A DNA stretch of 62,897 bases, counting the filler, from Lenisia limosa (Eukaryota > Protista > Breviatea): NCBI GenBank assembly GCA_001655205.1. It is 12 parts of 12 records of this genome, joined end to end, with 100 filler letters (N's around TTAATTAATTAA, not from the genome) between each part and the next. Parts side by side here need not be neighbours in the genome. Positions count along the whole stretch, not along the records: positions 38,519 to 42,719 come from LPNZ01002718.1; positions 42,820 to 50,157 come from LPNZ01011651.1; positions 50,258 to 53,765 come from LPNZ01004079.1; 9 more parts are not named here. The stretch is one strand, 5' to 3'. A program made the translations under genes and the position numbers. This document shows, piece after piece, positions 38,519 to 53,864 of this stretch (positions are counted from its first letter, which is position 1; every line of letters begins with the position of its first letter). The notes beneath the pieces are model-generated. The model had not been told where the DNA came from. It ran no database searches and saw only the letters and a program-made list of their open reading frames with translations.

Positions 38519-41500
38519 CCAAGTTCTAACCATCGGATATAACTTCACCAAATAACTCCCCACATACGGGATAAATCTTGACCGATTTTCTAGTTTCCCA
38601 AGGACACAAGACTCATCCCCGGTCACTGTGTATCTCCTCCCCTTATACCCCCCAGAATATGACAATCGACTTTGGACGACAACTGGTCATTCACGGCAAC
38701 CTCACCAAATTGACGACGTTGGCTTTTGTATAGAGCTCCGGGCAATTAATATCAATAAAAATTTTTAATATCTTAATATCATATTACATTACATTGATAA
38801 GTATATGATATCATATTAATATTACTGGGCAAAGCCGTTTCACACCATTACGCTTGTAAGAGATATTGGATTTATATATGCCTGGACGGGCAAACCCTAT
38901 AACCCGATAATTTTTTTTCCACCCCAAATGTCTTAATTTTTTAAAATCATTCTTCTTTTTCTTTTAATCTCTTATCCTTATTTTAGACAAACCTTCACTT
39001 AAACGTATTTTTTGGTTATAAGAAAAAGTAAATACTGTAGCTCATATGACAAACAAGTTTTGCGAGAAAATTAACACATCAAAACAGGAAAATATGATTG
39101 ATATAATGAAAACACAGCTTAAATTTCAGGACAAGGCTCACCTTGAACATGATTCAATAGAAAATTCAAAAATGCAAAAGCACATTATTTCTTCCTGGGC
39201 TTCTTTTTCGGGGCAGTGGCCTTCTGTTGAGAGTCGAGCTTCTTGGCTTCTGCGATGCGACGTTTCATATTGGCAGTGAGCTGCTTGGTGCCATCAAGAC
39301 TCTCAAAGATCTCCTAATACAGGTTATTTCAAGATAATGAAAATCAGAATTCAAAGAAATATTAGAACAAGCAGCCCTACTTTAGGACCACACATCAGGC
39401 CATGGAATGAGTTAATGCCTGATTCCGAAGAACAGACTCCTTGATGTCAGACTCATCAGCGATAAGTTCTCCTGGCTTGAGGGCAANNNNNNNNNNNNNN
39501 NNNNNNNNNNNNNNNNNNNNNNNNNNNNNNTAATAAAAAAAAACAATGAAAATATAGGGCAAACCTTCTTCACAGCGATGACATTGTATGAAGGCAGTTC
39601 TTCAAGGATTGGTCCGACAGACACAGTCTGAAGACACGCATGAGAGACCATAGTGGCAGTTGTCTCAGAATGCTTGCCACCTTAAAACACCTCAAAATGT
39701 CAGTCGAAAGCTCAGGGTGTCAAAACGTCAGTCGAAAGCTCAGGGTGTCTCGCAACAGATGCATTCACATAGTCCGCCAGTAATACCAGATGCCAAATGA
39801 CGGACATTGTTGAGTAGAAGGAACTCTTATTAACTCCAAGAAGAAAGCAGTTGTTCTCGTCACAGATGTCCTTCATTTCATGGGATGGTTTCAGCAGGTT
39901 GGGGGAAATGGCATCGGGGTGCTCTCGGTACCACTTTGCGATGGCATCATTATGTTTGTCTCCACAAAGAGGTATGCTCACTGAGATTGGGGGAACCATT
40001 TCACCAGCACGTGATTAGGCAGCTTTCACGGGATCACTACCACCAATAATGATGGATGCAGGAACGTATTCGGCGGTCATTCGTGTTACACTGAGTGTTG
40101 AGGCCATTACATCACCTCGGATACCTTTAAAGTAAGCGGGACTGAAGGCAGTTTCGTCAGCAAAGAACCCATCGTAATGGGTGAAATACAGTGTAATAAA
40201 CATAGAACCGAACAAACAGTAATAACAGCCGAACANNNNNNNNNNNNNNNNNNNNNNNNNNNNNNNNNNNNNNNNNNNNNNNNNNNNNNNNNNNNNNNNN
40301 NNNNNNNNNNNNNNNNNNTTTAAAAGGACTTCAACCATCGAGGTACAGTCAAGATTTTCACTTTCAACGCAAAATGCCGCGGCAGCTTCACGTGTGGTTG
40401 CTACTTTTGAAACATCAATGGCGTGTTTTACATCCAGAACTTTTTCATAGATACTTCTCCTGTTGAAACAGGCTCCGATTCAGACTCTCTTTCTTGGCTG
40501 CTATCTCCATTGCAGCTCACATCTTCATCCGTGTCTTCCTCATCAATATCTTCAACTTCGACTTTACTCAACTTCTGAAAGATTTTGGTCTTCAACATAA
40601 CACGAAACGTTATAAATTATGTGAGCTCATGTCTAATATCTAAGGATCAAGGCAGAGATCATCATCATTGAAAAAGAAAATAACATAGCATACCTCCGCT
40701 TGCTTCGCTTCAAAAGCGTGCTGCGTCTTTTTTGACTCTTCATACTGAGCTTGAATCAGAAGAAGCTGGTCTTGGGGGGTTTTTGAGAGGTAGTTCCCAT
40801 ATTCCTTCTCCCAATCAATTGTGTTCTGATAATCTCCTGCAGAAGGTGCAACATTATTTTTTTCGTGATACATGTTTAATTCCTCTCTCTGAGCATGGGT
40901 AGTAGATAGTTGGTCTCTTTTACTACCATGCTCATAATAAATACCTGGGGGTGCGAAATAGTCTGTACACCGTACACCGCCACTAAAATCTGGCTGTACA
41001 CCGTACACCACCACTTTTCACAACCACCTGAGTGGTGTTGAACATATTTTGGGGAGTGCCCCCCCCCCCTTGAGTTTTTGTGTTTCAAAAAAATTATTTT
41101 TTTTTCCACATGACATTTTATTGAATTTCTCTGAGTATTTGGACTCAAAATATTACTGTGTGTCTGAAAGTATTTTTTTTTTTATGATCTTTAATCTCAG
41201 CCATCGGTTTTAATAAATGTTCCAGGTATACTCGTCGTCCAGGCATAGATATATCTCTCTCTAAATTCATTGATACTTTTTGGATCACTTTGAATTGTTT
41301 GAATTTGGGTTAAATATGGGTTTTACAATTTGGATTTAAAAACCTAGAGGTGAGAAATAAAACATGTATACTTGACCGAAGCCACCCTAATAACCCCCAG
41401 TAATGTCAAGCATGAGTCCCACTTCTACCTCTACAACGACAGCATCAGTGGGTGATTGGTACTTTGACATCGGAATCAGTATTTACTGATTTAGCCCCCC

Positions 41501-42690
41501 CGCTTTTTTGTTATTGCTGTTGTGTTGTGTTTCTTTTCACTTTTTTCCAGTGTACCAAGACAAGGAAGTTAACCTGAAGAAGCCAAAACCACGCCGCATG
41601 AAGGGCCGAATGTTGATGGGAGTAACGTGGCCTCGCGACCTGCCAGATACGCCAAGTTGGGGAGGGGGGTATCAGCAGAGTTATAAGGCAAATGATTGGT
41701 GAATTAATACTATACTATAATCCAATATCTCTCATATGCGTGATGGTGTGGACNNNNNNNNNNNNNNNNNNNNNNNNNNNNNNNNNNNNNNNNNNNNNAC
41801 AGATACGACAGTCCTACACTACGGCGCATCGACTTGGGATTATTATGAAAACGTTGGAATTCCCATATTTTACGTGGGAAATCCATAGAATTAATGGAAT
41901 CCCAAGTCGATGCGCCGTAGTGTAGGCTTTGTTTGTTTTGTTGCTCGCACTCAACTCTCTTGTGATATCAGCCAACAGTTGATTATGGATTTGTTTTTTT
42001 GTTTTTTACATTTATCGTAATATTACTTCTCATTATAGTTCAGAATTCAAAAACATCTTCCAAATTGTCGCGTCTCACAAGACCTATACCCTCCTAGCTG
42101 ACACCCCACAGGAGAAGGTGGGGGGTTTAACAATCCTGTCATTCTCAACCTTTTATACTGCTGTCCATATAAACCAACAATACTCTGTCATAATTAATCT
42201 GGAAATAAAATTGTCATTGCTAACCAGGTAATAATAGTCTTGTCATAATTAATCTGGTTGTTATAACCTGGCACTCTTTTCATCATTAATCTGGATAGTC
42301 CTGTCTTGGGATTCACTACGTCCGAACAAAACCAATAAAATACCGATAGTTTTCGGAGATATATCGGAGAATTCATTCTTTTTTTGGGACCGAAAGGAAG
42401 CATAAACACCTGACTACATAGAAGCTTAGTGTGATTATCATGGCTCTGTAAGATGCTCTTGATTATTTTTACTATTATTTATATCTCTTTTTCAGCGTGA
42501 TGGTGTGGACGGCTTCAGCCAGATCCAACCTTATTTTATTTATCATCTTATGATTTATTGACTGGGATAGAATATATAGTATATATATTATATATATATG
42601 ATATAATGACTCTGTAGATGCTGTGGATGACCACGATGGAGAATATCAATGGACAGATTTACAATGAGCGACCTGAAATTGAGGGTAGGA
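38519..42690 (+). CDS. PH-domain protein fragment (DH-PH-type PH) with a 2.7-kb intron (38718-41400)
   Basis: Phase-compatible exons join to GRQLVIHGNLTKLTT|NVKHESHFYLYNDSI|MYQDKEVNLKKPKPRRMKGRMLMGVTWPRDLPDTP|KFKNIFQIVASHKTYTLLADTPQEK|MLWMTTMENI. Confidence 0.78.
38879..41245 (-). mobile_element. Decayed TIR DNA transposon, probably pogo/Tc1-mariner superfamily, inside an intron
   Basis: TA|TGCCTGGACG (38879-38888) and CGTCCAGGCA|TA (41236-41245) form 10-bp TIRs with TA flanks; internal antisense broken ORF. Confidence 0.65.
39185..40880 (-). pseudogene. Disrupted pogo-like DDE transposase
   Basis: GFFADETAF (first-D-like), SRAGEMVPPISV, LVLLADY (second-D-like), C-terminal KKKPRKK*; in-frame TAA at 40015, frameshifts and a 28-bp tandem duplication (39693-39748). 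Confidence 0.5.
41817..41922. mobile_element. MITE family F with perfect 25-bp TIR and TA TSD
   Basis: TA|CACTACGGCGCATCGACTTGGGATT...AATCCCAAGTCGATGCGCCGTAGTG|TA. Confidence 0.9.
42308..42401. mobile_element. MITE family A, variant subfamily
   Basis: TTCACTACGTCCGAACAAAACC...TTTTTGGGACCGAAAGGAAGC. Confidence 0.6.
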
Positions 42691-42819
42691 AATCCCCATT
42701 ATTTATTGTTATTATTTGGNNNNNNNNNNNNNNNNNNNNNNNNNNNNNNNNNNNNNNNNNNNNTTAATTAATTAANNNNNNNNNNNNNNNNNNNNNNNNN
42801 NNNNNNNNNNNNNNNNNNN

Positions 42820-45800
42820 GTGGCGACGTGCCCCCAGGGACGAAGGCCGAAATAATGATCGGTTTTGCCGGGCGTGTGGCCGGGTCCTTCACCTCTGAGG
42901 CCTTGATCTTGGATCGTTATGGCCGACAGTTGGCCGTGTTTATGTTGAGTGCCACCTGCGGAGTTTGAGGGGAGGGAATTTGGGGCTTTTTGTTTTATAC
43001 CCCTATCACACCACCCCGGAACACACACAAAATATCCCAAGCCAGAACTTTTTGGCTTCCATCTCAATGGGGGTTGCCTTAATCTGGTTTGTCACTGTTT
43101 TGTTTTGTTGGCCTTATACTTCTCTTTGTTTACCCACGTTTGATGGCGTATTAGAGTTGATTTTGTTTTGTTGCATAAAAGGTTTCCGCTCTCACCCCCC
43201 CCCCCCAACCNNNNNNNNNNNNNNNNNNNNNNNNNNNNNNNNNNNNNNNNNNNNNNNNNNNNNNNNNNNNNNNNNNNNNNNNNNNNNNNNNNNNNNNNNN
43301 NNNNNNNNNNNNNNGCATGCAGAGTTGGAAATGTGAATGGGTATCTTTTTAGCACAGATGCATTTAGGAAAAGTCTCCCTACATTGGCAAAAAATTTACC
43401 CAGGCTTTTGTGAATCGAAATATAGTTTACTGACGGAGGAATGGTTCCTTCTGTACTACGTACAGTGACCGGGATAAGTTCTGACCAATTTTCCTTGGGA
43501 ATTCAGGCGGCAAATTGGTCAAGACTTATCCCAGTCACTGTACATTTTCTGCTTCTCACCATCAAGGCTGTGAAACGAATGCTACCACTGCACAACACAG
43601 GATCGTTTCCCTGCACCTTCACTTCGAGAATGATTGAGTGAGTAAATGCTACTCTGGCTATTTTATATCATATTTTAATAGAAAAGGGTTATTGATTTCC
43701 ATAATATAATTAGACCCCCTCTGTTCACCAATATAGACCAAATGCGTCAACTGATACGTCTGAATTGGGGCATTTCAAGCAGTCACCGTAAGCATTTTAA
43801 TACCCCTGCATTAACATAAGATAATAGAGCCGTTTCTTTACAATAAAAAATGAGAGGTTGTTCATCTTATTTTTAGAAATACCATCCATTCTATTAGCCG
43901 TGAACCCTCACTATGTCACACTCTATTGCTGACCACCCCCAGTTCCTCGGGAATCCTCGGTGCGGGAGAAGCTCTTCTTTTAGAAGTTGTTTTTGAGCCG
44001 AAATTTGAAGGAACAGCAATGGCCGATTTGCGTATTGAGTCCAATTCTGATGCTGTTGAAGGTAGGTGATGATGGAGCAGGGAATACCTTTGAACTGTGG
44101 TAATCTATACACCTCTTTTATAATTTTTTTCTCTCTCAAATTACTTTCCGCTCACCATTTTGGTCAATAGTATCACGACACAACTGTTTCCTTCTCTCAA
44201 ACAAACATGGATATTTCCCTTCCCCAGCCTGATTTGTGATGGTTGTGAACTTGATAAATTCACCCCATTAAATCCTAATGAAGCAAATCATAACATCAAA
44301 TCCCCTATTTAAACGCCCCAGTCACTCTTCTCGGAACCGGAGGAGAGAGCAGCCTTATTCCCGTCTATCTCGACTCCTCAGACGCCGCTGCCGCCGTACT
44401 CGACTTCGGCACCATTCGTGGGAAGGGAAAAGGGGGTATTGGGGTGGAGCCATGGGAGGGGGCTAAGGTCAACCGTACTGTGAACATGTCTATTACCTTC
44501 CTCGCAGCTCAAGCAACGCCATTCCTAATAACACTCGCTTAATTTATTACCTCCCTATGTGTTATTTTTTGTTTTGTTTTGTTTAATGAATTTTCTTGTT
44601 TTATAATTCTCAACCAGCTGTTGGCAGACCAAGTACAAAGTCGTTCACACTGCACAACCCAACCCTCCAATCCATCACCTTGTCGCTCTCTGTGTCGGAA
44701 GGAGGCATCACTACCGACCCTCCACTTAGCAGCTTGTTCGATATCCGTGGGTGGAACTTGATTGACTATGGTGTATCAATTTGAAGTTTGACAGAATACG
44801 ATAATGTTTTTTACTCACCCCCCCCCCCCCNNNNNNNNNNNNNNNNNNNNNNNNNNNNNNNNNNNNNNNNNNNNNNNNNNNNNNNNNNNNNNNNNNNNNN
44901 NNNNNNNNNNACTTAGCGTGACTCAACCTTTTTCTTTCTCCTTTCTGCATTATTTTTATCTGTGGAGCAACACATATTTTCAAGTGAAGAAATATTTAAT
45001 ACATAATATCATATCATATGGGGTATTAATTATGTATCGATATATGTGTGATGCTGACGACGGCTGACGCGCATAGCAAGCCTGGAGACTCAGGTTATCA
45101 ATGTCACCATGAGGGTGCATGAAGAGGGATACCGCTCCACTGCGCTAGTGGCCTCTTTTGATGATGAGACTCTCTCGTTCCCCTTGAAAGTTAGGGGTGG
45201 CTTTTGCTATATTGGAGTAGTGTACGTAGTGTTTTTTTAAAATTACAACCAAACCCATTGTCCAAAATTTCGGTTTATATCAAAAAGCCAATATCTGTAT
45301 GAATCCAAAAAAAATTATCACACAGAGGTTTTATTTGGTAATATGCACTTGCGAGCGAACTTGAGATATAAACTTCATATAATCGACTAGCCTGGGATTT
45401 TGCTGCTTTAACCCCATTATCTTTGTGCGTGCTATGATACTTTTTTAATTTATTTCACCCTATCATGACTAACCATACAGGTCAAGGCCGCTCTCCCCTC
45501 TCTTCATGCTGAAGGTGAGGCTGACCTGGGTGAAGTCGCTGCTGGCTCACGGAAACTACTCAGGTGGGGAGGGAGGGGGGGGGGGCAAGGAATCAATACT
45601 GNNNNNNNNNNNNNNNNNNNNNNNNNNNNNNNNNNNNNNNNNNNNNNNNNNNNNNNNNNNNCTGAAAATCTTCTACATGTCCATCTTATGTGATACTCTG
45701 AAAATCTTCTACATGTCCATCTTTGCAGAAACCATACAAAACTCCCTTTTTGACTTTTTAGATTCAAGGTGACAAACACAAGCTCTGTCTCAATTCCGTT

Positions 45801-48800
45801 AAGGTTGGAGTGGAATACTGATAGAGTGTCAGTTTACCGTTTTTCTTGAACAAAATAAAAACATGATGGCAGCACATGTACATCATACAAACCAATCGAA
45901 AGCCTCTCTGAGGGTTCTTTTCTTTCCAATATGATATCCTATCTTCTATTTTCATGAGAGATGTACACATCCTATCCTACGAGATAATATCTGAAAATAA
46001 GCGGTAATTCTCACACAATCAGCTCGCGAATCGAACCGGCGTCCGTCAGGGAAATTGCCTCAATCGGCTTCCTCGGAGTTGAGGANNNNNNNNNNNNNNN
46101 NNNNNNNNNNNNNNNNNNNNNNNNNNNNNNNNNNNNNNNNNNNNNNNNNNNNNNNNNNNNNNNNNNNNNNNNNNNNNNNNNNNNNNNNNNNNNNNNNNNN
46201 NNNNNNNNNNNNNNNNNNNNNNNNNNNNNNNNTGAGTAAATCAATAAAAGCATTCCAATATCTCCCTTATGTTTTATTCCGTTTCCATCCAAATGCTCTC
46301 AATTATCTTTTCTCACCCCTTTGTTAACTTTACGATTTCTTCCCAAATTGTTATCTGACTCTCAGGCCGGTGGTTCTTGAGGCTGGTGCTTCTGTTGAGG
46401 TTCGTTTCGAGATTCGACCCAAAGACTCCACTGAAGAGATAGCGGGATCGGTTGTCTTCCACTCCTCTGAGGATATTGGCTGTGGGGGGGTGAAGCACTT
46501 AAAAAGTCAGCCTCTTTTTGTGTTTTTGATTTGAGTTGCACTCCTGTTTAAAGAGGAATATTACTCATTCATCGTGCTCATGTACTAGGCCCTGAATGTG
46601 TCATACCAGTCACCGGCACTGTACCGTCCGCCAGTATTGCAATGTCCAATCTTGGTGACGTTGAGTTCGGAGCGGTTCCTCTTGGTATGAACTAGTCCTC
46701 TTTAGAGAAAATCCCATTTCGTTGTGTTGTCTTTCTTTTTTTTTCTTCTTTTTTTTGACATTTAGGTCGATCACGGAGTGTCAGTCGGACAATTGCCAAC
46801 ATCTCCGACCGCCCAATGAGAGTGGAAGCCCAATATATGGGTGCGCTGAAACTAGTGCAATTGAATGATCTTGTTTATCAGATATTATATATTATATACG
46901 TATATTTATATGCATGCCTCCAGTTCCCCTAGTAATCGCCAGCTAACAACAGCATCCAGTCGTATCGTTCATTAACGACTACAGGTGAGATCGGAGACGA
47001 GTCGTCAGTTATGGTGTCGGCAGGCCAATCCCTTTTACAACCGGGAGAGGAGACGGAAGTCAAAATCACCTTTTCTCCTTCGGTATGTACAACTAATCTT
47101 TTCTCCTTCAGCATGTTCAACTAATGTCTTCTTCTCCTTTACTATACAGCATATACATATTTCTCACATATATTTCCCCCCTAGACCCGACCAGACTCGT
47201 CGCTGTCTGTTGACTCGCCATATGGGGACCGACGGCCCGGCACTGGCTCTTTGCAGCCTGTCTTGGAGGAGCAGAACAACGTCATGCAGGGTGGGGGAGA
47301 GGGGTCTGATCTGATTGTGGTGTCCAAGGGGGTGTTAGACTATATATTACAGTGCTTTGTATTAGAGAGTTGATATTTTACTTTTCCCCTCCCTTGATTG
47401 GGGTTCTTTGTTTCATAAATTTCCAATTTACTCCCCCTCCTTGCAGGTACCATTACAATCACGACGAGTCTTGAAACTGAGGAGCCTGGAGTAACCCCCA
47501 TTACCGTTGAAATGCCATTTTCTGCTGTTGCTGGTGGGAAAGAAGATGGACAAGATTTAGATTTCATGGTCATAGATAACTTTTTATTTTGTTTTCCTTT
47601 TTTTGTGAGCTTTCTTGAAGTTCATATCATCAAAACGTGTCAATAATTCGAGGCGCTCTCATTGATCTTCACTATCTTCACCCTTCATAGGCGTACCTCG
47701 CCTTGCACTTAACTTCGGTCGTCAACCTTCAGCACACAACNNNNNNNNNNNNNNNNNNNNNNNNNNNNNNNNNNNNNNNNNNNNNNNNNNNNNNNNNNNN
47801 NNNNNNNNNTTTGTTGCACACCATAAATTCTCTTTTGTCAATTCTATCAGTCATGTTTAACCTTCGCAGATTTCGGTGTATTACCAGTATCTCGGCTCGC
47901 GCGGCGGCACTTTTGGGTCCGAAACGTCGGAACCGGCCCTGGCGTTGTGTTTCTGCACTTGTCCGCTCCGAGCCGCGATATGCTGCCGTTCCTCCACCTT
48001 TTCAGCGTGAAGCCCTGCGGCACAGGCAAAGACCTCGATCTTTTCACCGCAGGACGCGATAACCTCATCGCTTCGCCCGTGCTCTTCCCCGACCCGTGGC
48101 CGGACCTCAGTGATGACGTCACCAAAACAATGCCTGCCATCGACGATCCCCCTCCTGGATGGACTTTGACCCTCCCGCCGCCGGACCGCAGATGGGACAA
48201 TGCCGATCGGATGGTAGCTTTTGTCCTCCCGGCTGCACAGTGCGCTCGGGTGGCTGTGGGTTTTGCCCCGGTAAACGGCACGGCTTTTGGCTTAGAGCAG
48301 ACAATTCACGTATTTCAACGGGCGGCGTCTGACAACGAAGTCAGTGAGTCCAGGGTGGATTGGGCTGGCTGTCCGCCGAACCTACCCAATGTGTTGAGCA
48401 TGACAAATAGTCTCGATGCTTTGTTGGCATACGCTTCGACTGAGAATAACACGACGTATACTGCGGCAAACACAATGCATGTGACAACTGTCCGTGTTTT
48501 GGCTGAAGCTGCCTTGGTTCAGATGGAGTCAGACAGCATCCCTTCTAGTGTACAGCTACCTGAGGCTTATTTAGGTGGGAGGCTGGTATGATTATTTATA
48601 GATGTCAATGTTATCATATTGTCCTGATTTCTACGGATGCTCTTTGTTATATTAATGATATACTATACAGTGATCGGGATAAGTATTGACCTATATTCCT
48701 TAGAAAATCACAAAGCAAATCGGTCAAGACTTGTTCCGGTCACTCTATACATAATATATACATCCATTCTTATTAAAGGGTCGTGGGGAGGTGATACATC

Positions 48801-50157
48801 CTCCTAGACCTATCAACAAAGATACTTCCCTTAAGGCCTCATACCAATGATTTTAATAACACTCCCTTTCAGGTGACGAGGTTCATGGAGAAATCGTCAT
48901 TCCAAACCCCTCAAACAGGCCGCTTTCCATCCAGGCAAGTCTCAATCCTGATGATACCTTTGGAGATTTGGGAGGTTTGTGACGTTTAATTATTGTTATT
49001 TTTTGTTTGAAAAACTCTGTGGTTATTATGTTGTCCTACTTTGCCCCCCCCCCCCAATGNNNNNNNNNNNNNNNNNNNNNNNNNNNNNNNNNNNNNNNNN
49101 NNNNNNNNNNNNNNNNNNNNNNNNNNNNNNNNNNNNNNNNNNNNNNNNNNNNNNNNNNNNNNNNNNNNNNNNNNNNNNNNNNNNNNNNNNNNNNNNNNNN
49201 NNNNNNNNNNNNNNNNNNNNNNNNNNNNNNNNNNNNNNNNNNNNNNNNNNNNNNNNNNNCAATTTTTTTTTTTTGTTTGTTTGTTTTGTTACTTAGAGCG
49301 ATTCAATTATGAAACATCTTTTTTCCACAAGGAAAATAAGGCATATGGCTCGATATTGACCTGGCAGTAGCTTGCAGCAACTCTTTTCGTAACATAAAAC
49401 GCGCACGCACAGATACACAGTATTTGTGTCCTTTATTTTTCCCTTTTTCTTCACTGATTTGTTGTCTCGTTTTACCGTTTTCTAGTCCAAGCAATTTGGT
49501 ACCATTGCCATCAAGTCGCATACCAGTGTGCCGTATTCTGAAGACCGAAGTGTTGACACCGACGCACTGGCCAAAATGATGGGAACTAACACGGTTCGTT
49601 GTGTTGGGGGAATCTTTGACTTTATATTTCGGGCTAAGTATACCATTAATATACAACTGTAATTTAATATATCTTATGGACGGCTTTGACCAGAGACTAC
49701 CTTGATTTAATTCTCAATTCAACAAACGATATGAATTCCTTTTACTTATTACCACAGACACACGTGTTCCTTATGACAGCCAGTGGCAAGCAGCATGTTG
49801 TCAAGGTCACCCGAGTGGTATGAAGGGCTGTGGGTCCATCAAAGGCGGTCTGAAAAATATCCGGTGAAATATCGTCAGATTTCTAGGATTTATCGATAAA
49901 TTTCGATCACTTTTCGGACCAAAGTAAAGCCGTAGTTGAAATGTGGTGATAATGGACTGGTTTTTGTATCTTCTCACCATTACTCAACAATTCCCTAAAA
50001 ATCTATTTGTGAGCATTTGCAAACTTCTCTCAAATGTTGAAAGCTGCAACTAATGAGGATGTCTTCTCACCGTATTAGGTATCCATTCGGAAGCTTCGAG
50101 TTAAGCCGGACGAGCTTGATTTCGGCGCGTTATTCAGCGGGGAGAGCAGATGTGTCT
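42820..50157 (+). CDS. Hydin-like protein with many ASH (ASPM-SPD2-Hydin) Ig-like domains; partial at both ends
   Basis: Recurring ASH signatures: LPLHNTGSFPCTF; SSGILGAGEALLLEVVFEPKFEG; LLGTGG...LDFGTI; KSFTLHNPT; VEFGAVPL...RTIANISD; DFGVLPV...FWVRNVGTGP; VKPDELDFGAL. Confidence 0.72.
43463..43540. mobile_element. MITE family C (Tc1-like CAGTG ends, TA TSD)
   Basis: TA|CAGTGACCGGGATAAGTTCTGACC...GGTCAAGACTTATCCCAGTCACTG|TA. Confidence 0.85.
45662..45723. repeat. 36-bp-period tandem duplication
   Basis: CTGAAAATCTTCTACATGTCCATCTT at 45662 and 45698. Confidence 0.85.
48668..48745. mobile_element. MITE family C
   Basis: TA|CAGTGATCGGGATAAGTATTGACC...GGTCAAGACTTGTTCCGGTCACTC|TA. Confidence 0.8.
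49843..49931. mobile_element. MITE family A, diverged
   Basis: GGTCTGAAAAA...GGATTTATCGATAAATTTCG...TTTTCGGACCAAAGTAAAGCC. Confidence 0.6.
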
Positions 50158-50855
50158 NNNNNNNNNNNNNNNNNNNNNNNNNNNNNNNNNNNNNNNNNNN
50201 NTTAATTAATTAANNNNNNNNNNNNNNNNNNNNNNNNNNNNNNNNNNNNNNNNNNNNGGACAGCTTGAAGTTGACACCTTGTATAGGCCATTGTTAGTGT
50301 TTTTTTTGAAAATCTGCTTCGACGATACATAGAGAAATGGACCTCCTAATGTTCCCCAACCTTTTTCAATTTTGAAAAAATGTCAAAAATCCGTGAATTT
50401 GGTCTCTCGGGTGTCCCCCTTTTGCCTTTTCACAGGTTTTTTTTCTGAATCTTACCCTCTTTTAGTGTAAAGAAACAAAAAATTTGTAGTAATTGGTCCG
50501 GGTTTCCCCTTTGCTTAGTCTATGTAATGGTGGATTTTGAGAATACTTTCCCGGATAGTTGCCATCTATTCCTTGAGTATGGTCTTTTTTCACGGTTTTT
50601 TTTTGTGTTTTTTGACAGTATTTGGGCCTTAAACAGACGGCTTAGACACTTAATTTGGTTTTGACCCGACAATATGTACAATTGGCGTTTCATCCTTTGA
50701 TTAAGATTGAAATTACTTTTGAAAACAAAAGGGAAAGAGGGTTTATGATGACTTTATATGAAAAAATCATGCTGTCCGGGAGTTTTGATGTGTTCGGTGA
50801 ATTTTGAATGATGTCCGTAGCTTTGACTATACATACTTCTTTTCCATTCTACCAT

Positions 50856-53420
<2,565 letters not shown>

Positions 53421-53864
53421 TATCTTCTCAGTGGGTTTGATTGAGTATGGCTTCCCTACGTTCCGAAAAAGACCGTTTAACGAGAATATATCCAGAAATC
53501 AGTCTTTTTTGGGACCGAAGGGAACTCCTATGATTGAGACTTCATAAATGGCTATTATAATAATGTGGCACACAGAAAGCTGTGTAACTGCTTGGGTGAA
53601 TAACTATTACTCTATTATCCGATACCTCTTATAAGTGTGATGGTGTGGATGGCTTCAGCCAGGTTCTAACTATTCTCATCTCTTCATATTGATAGTATTA
53701 TCATATCATATTTTACATGTAGTATATACTATATGATATGATATATCTAAGCCCCCCCCCCCCCCNNNNNNNNNNNNNNNNNNNNNNNNNNNNNNNNNNN
53801 NNNNNNNNNTTAATTAATTAANNNNNNNNNNNNNNNNNNNNNNNNNNNNNNNNNNNNNNNNNNN

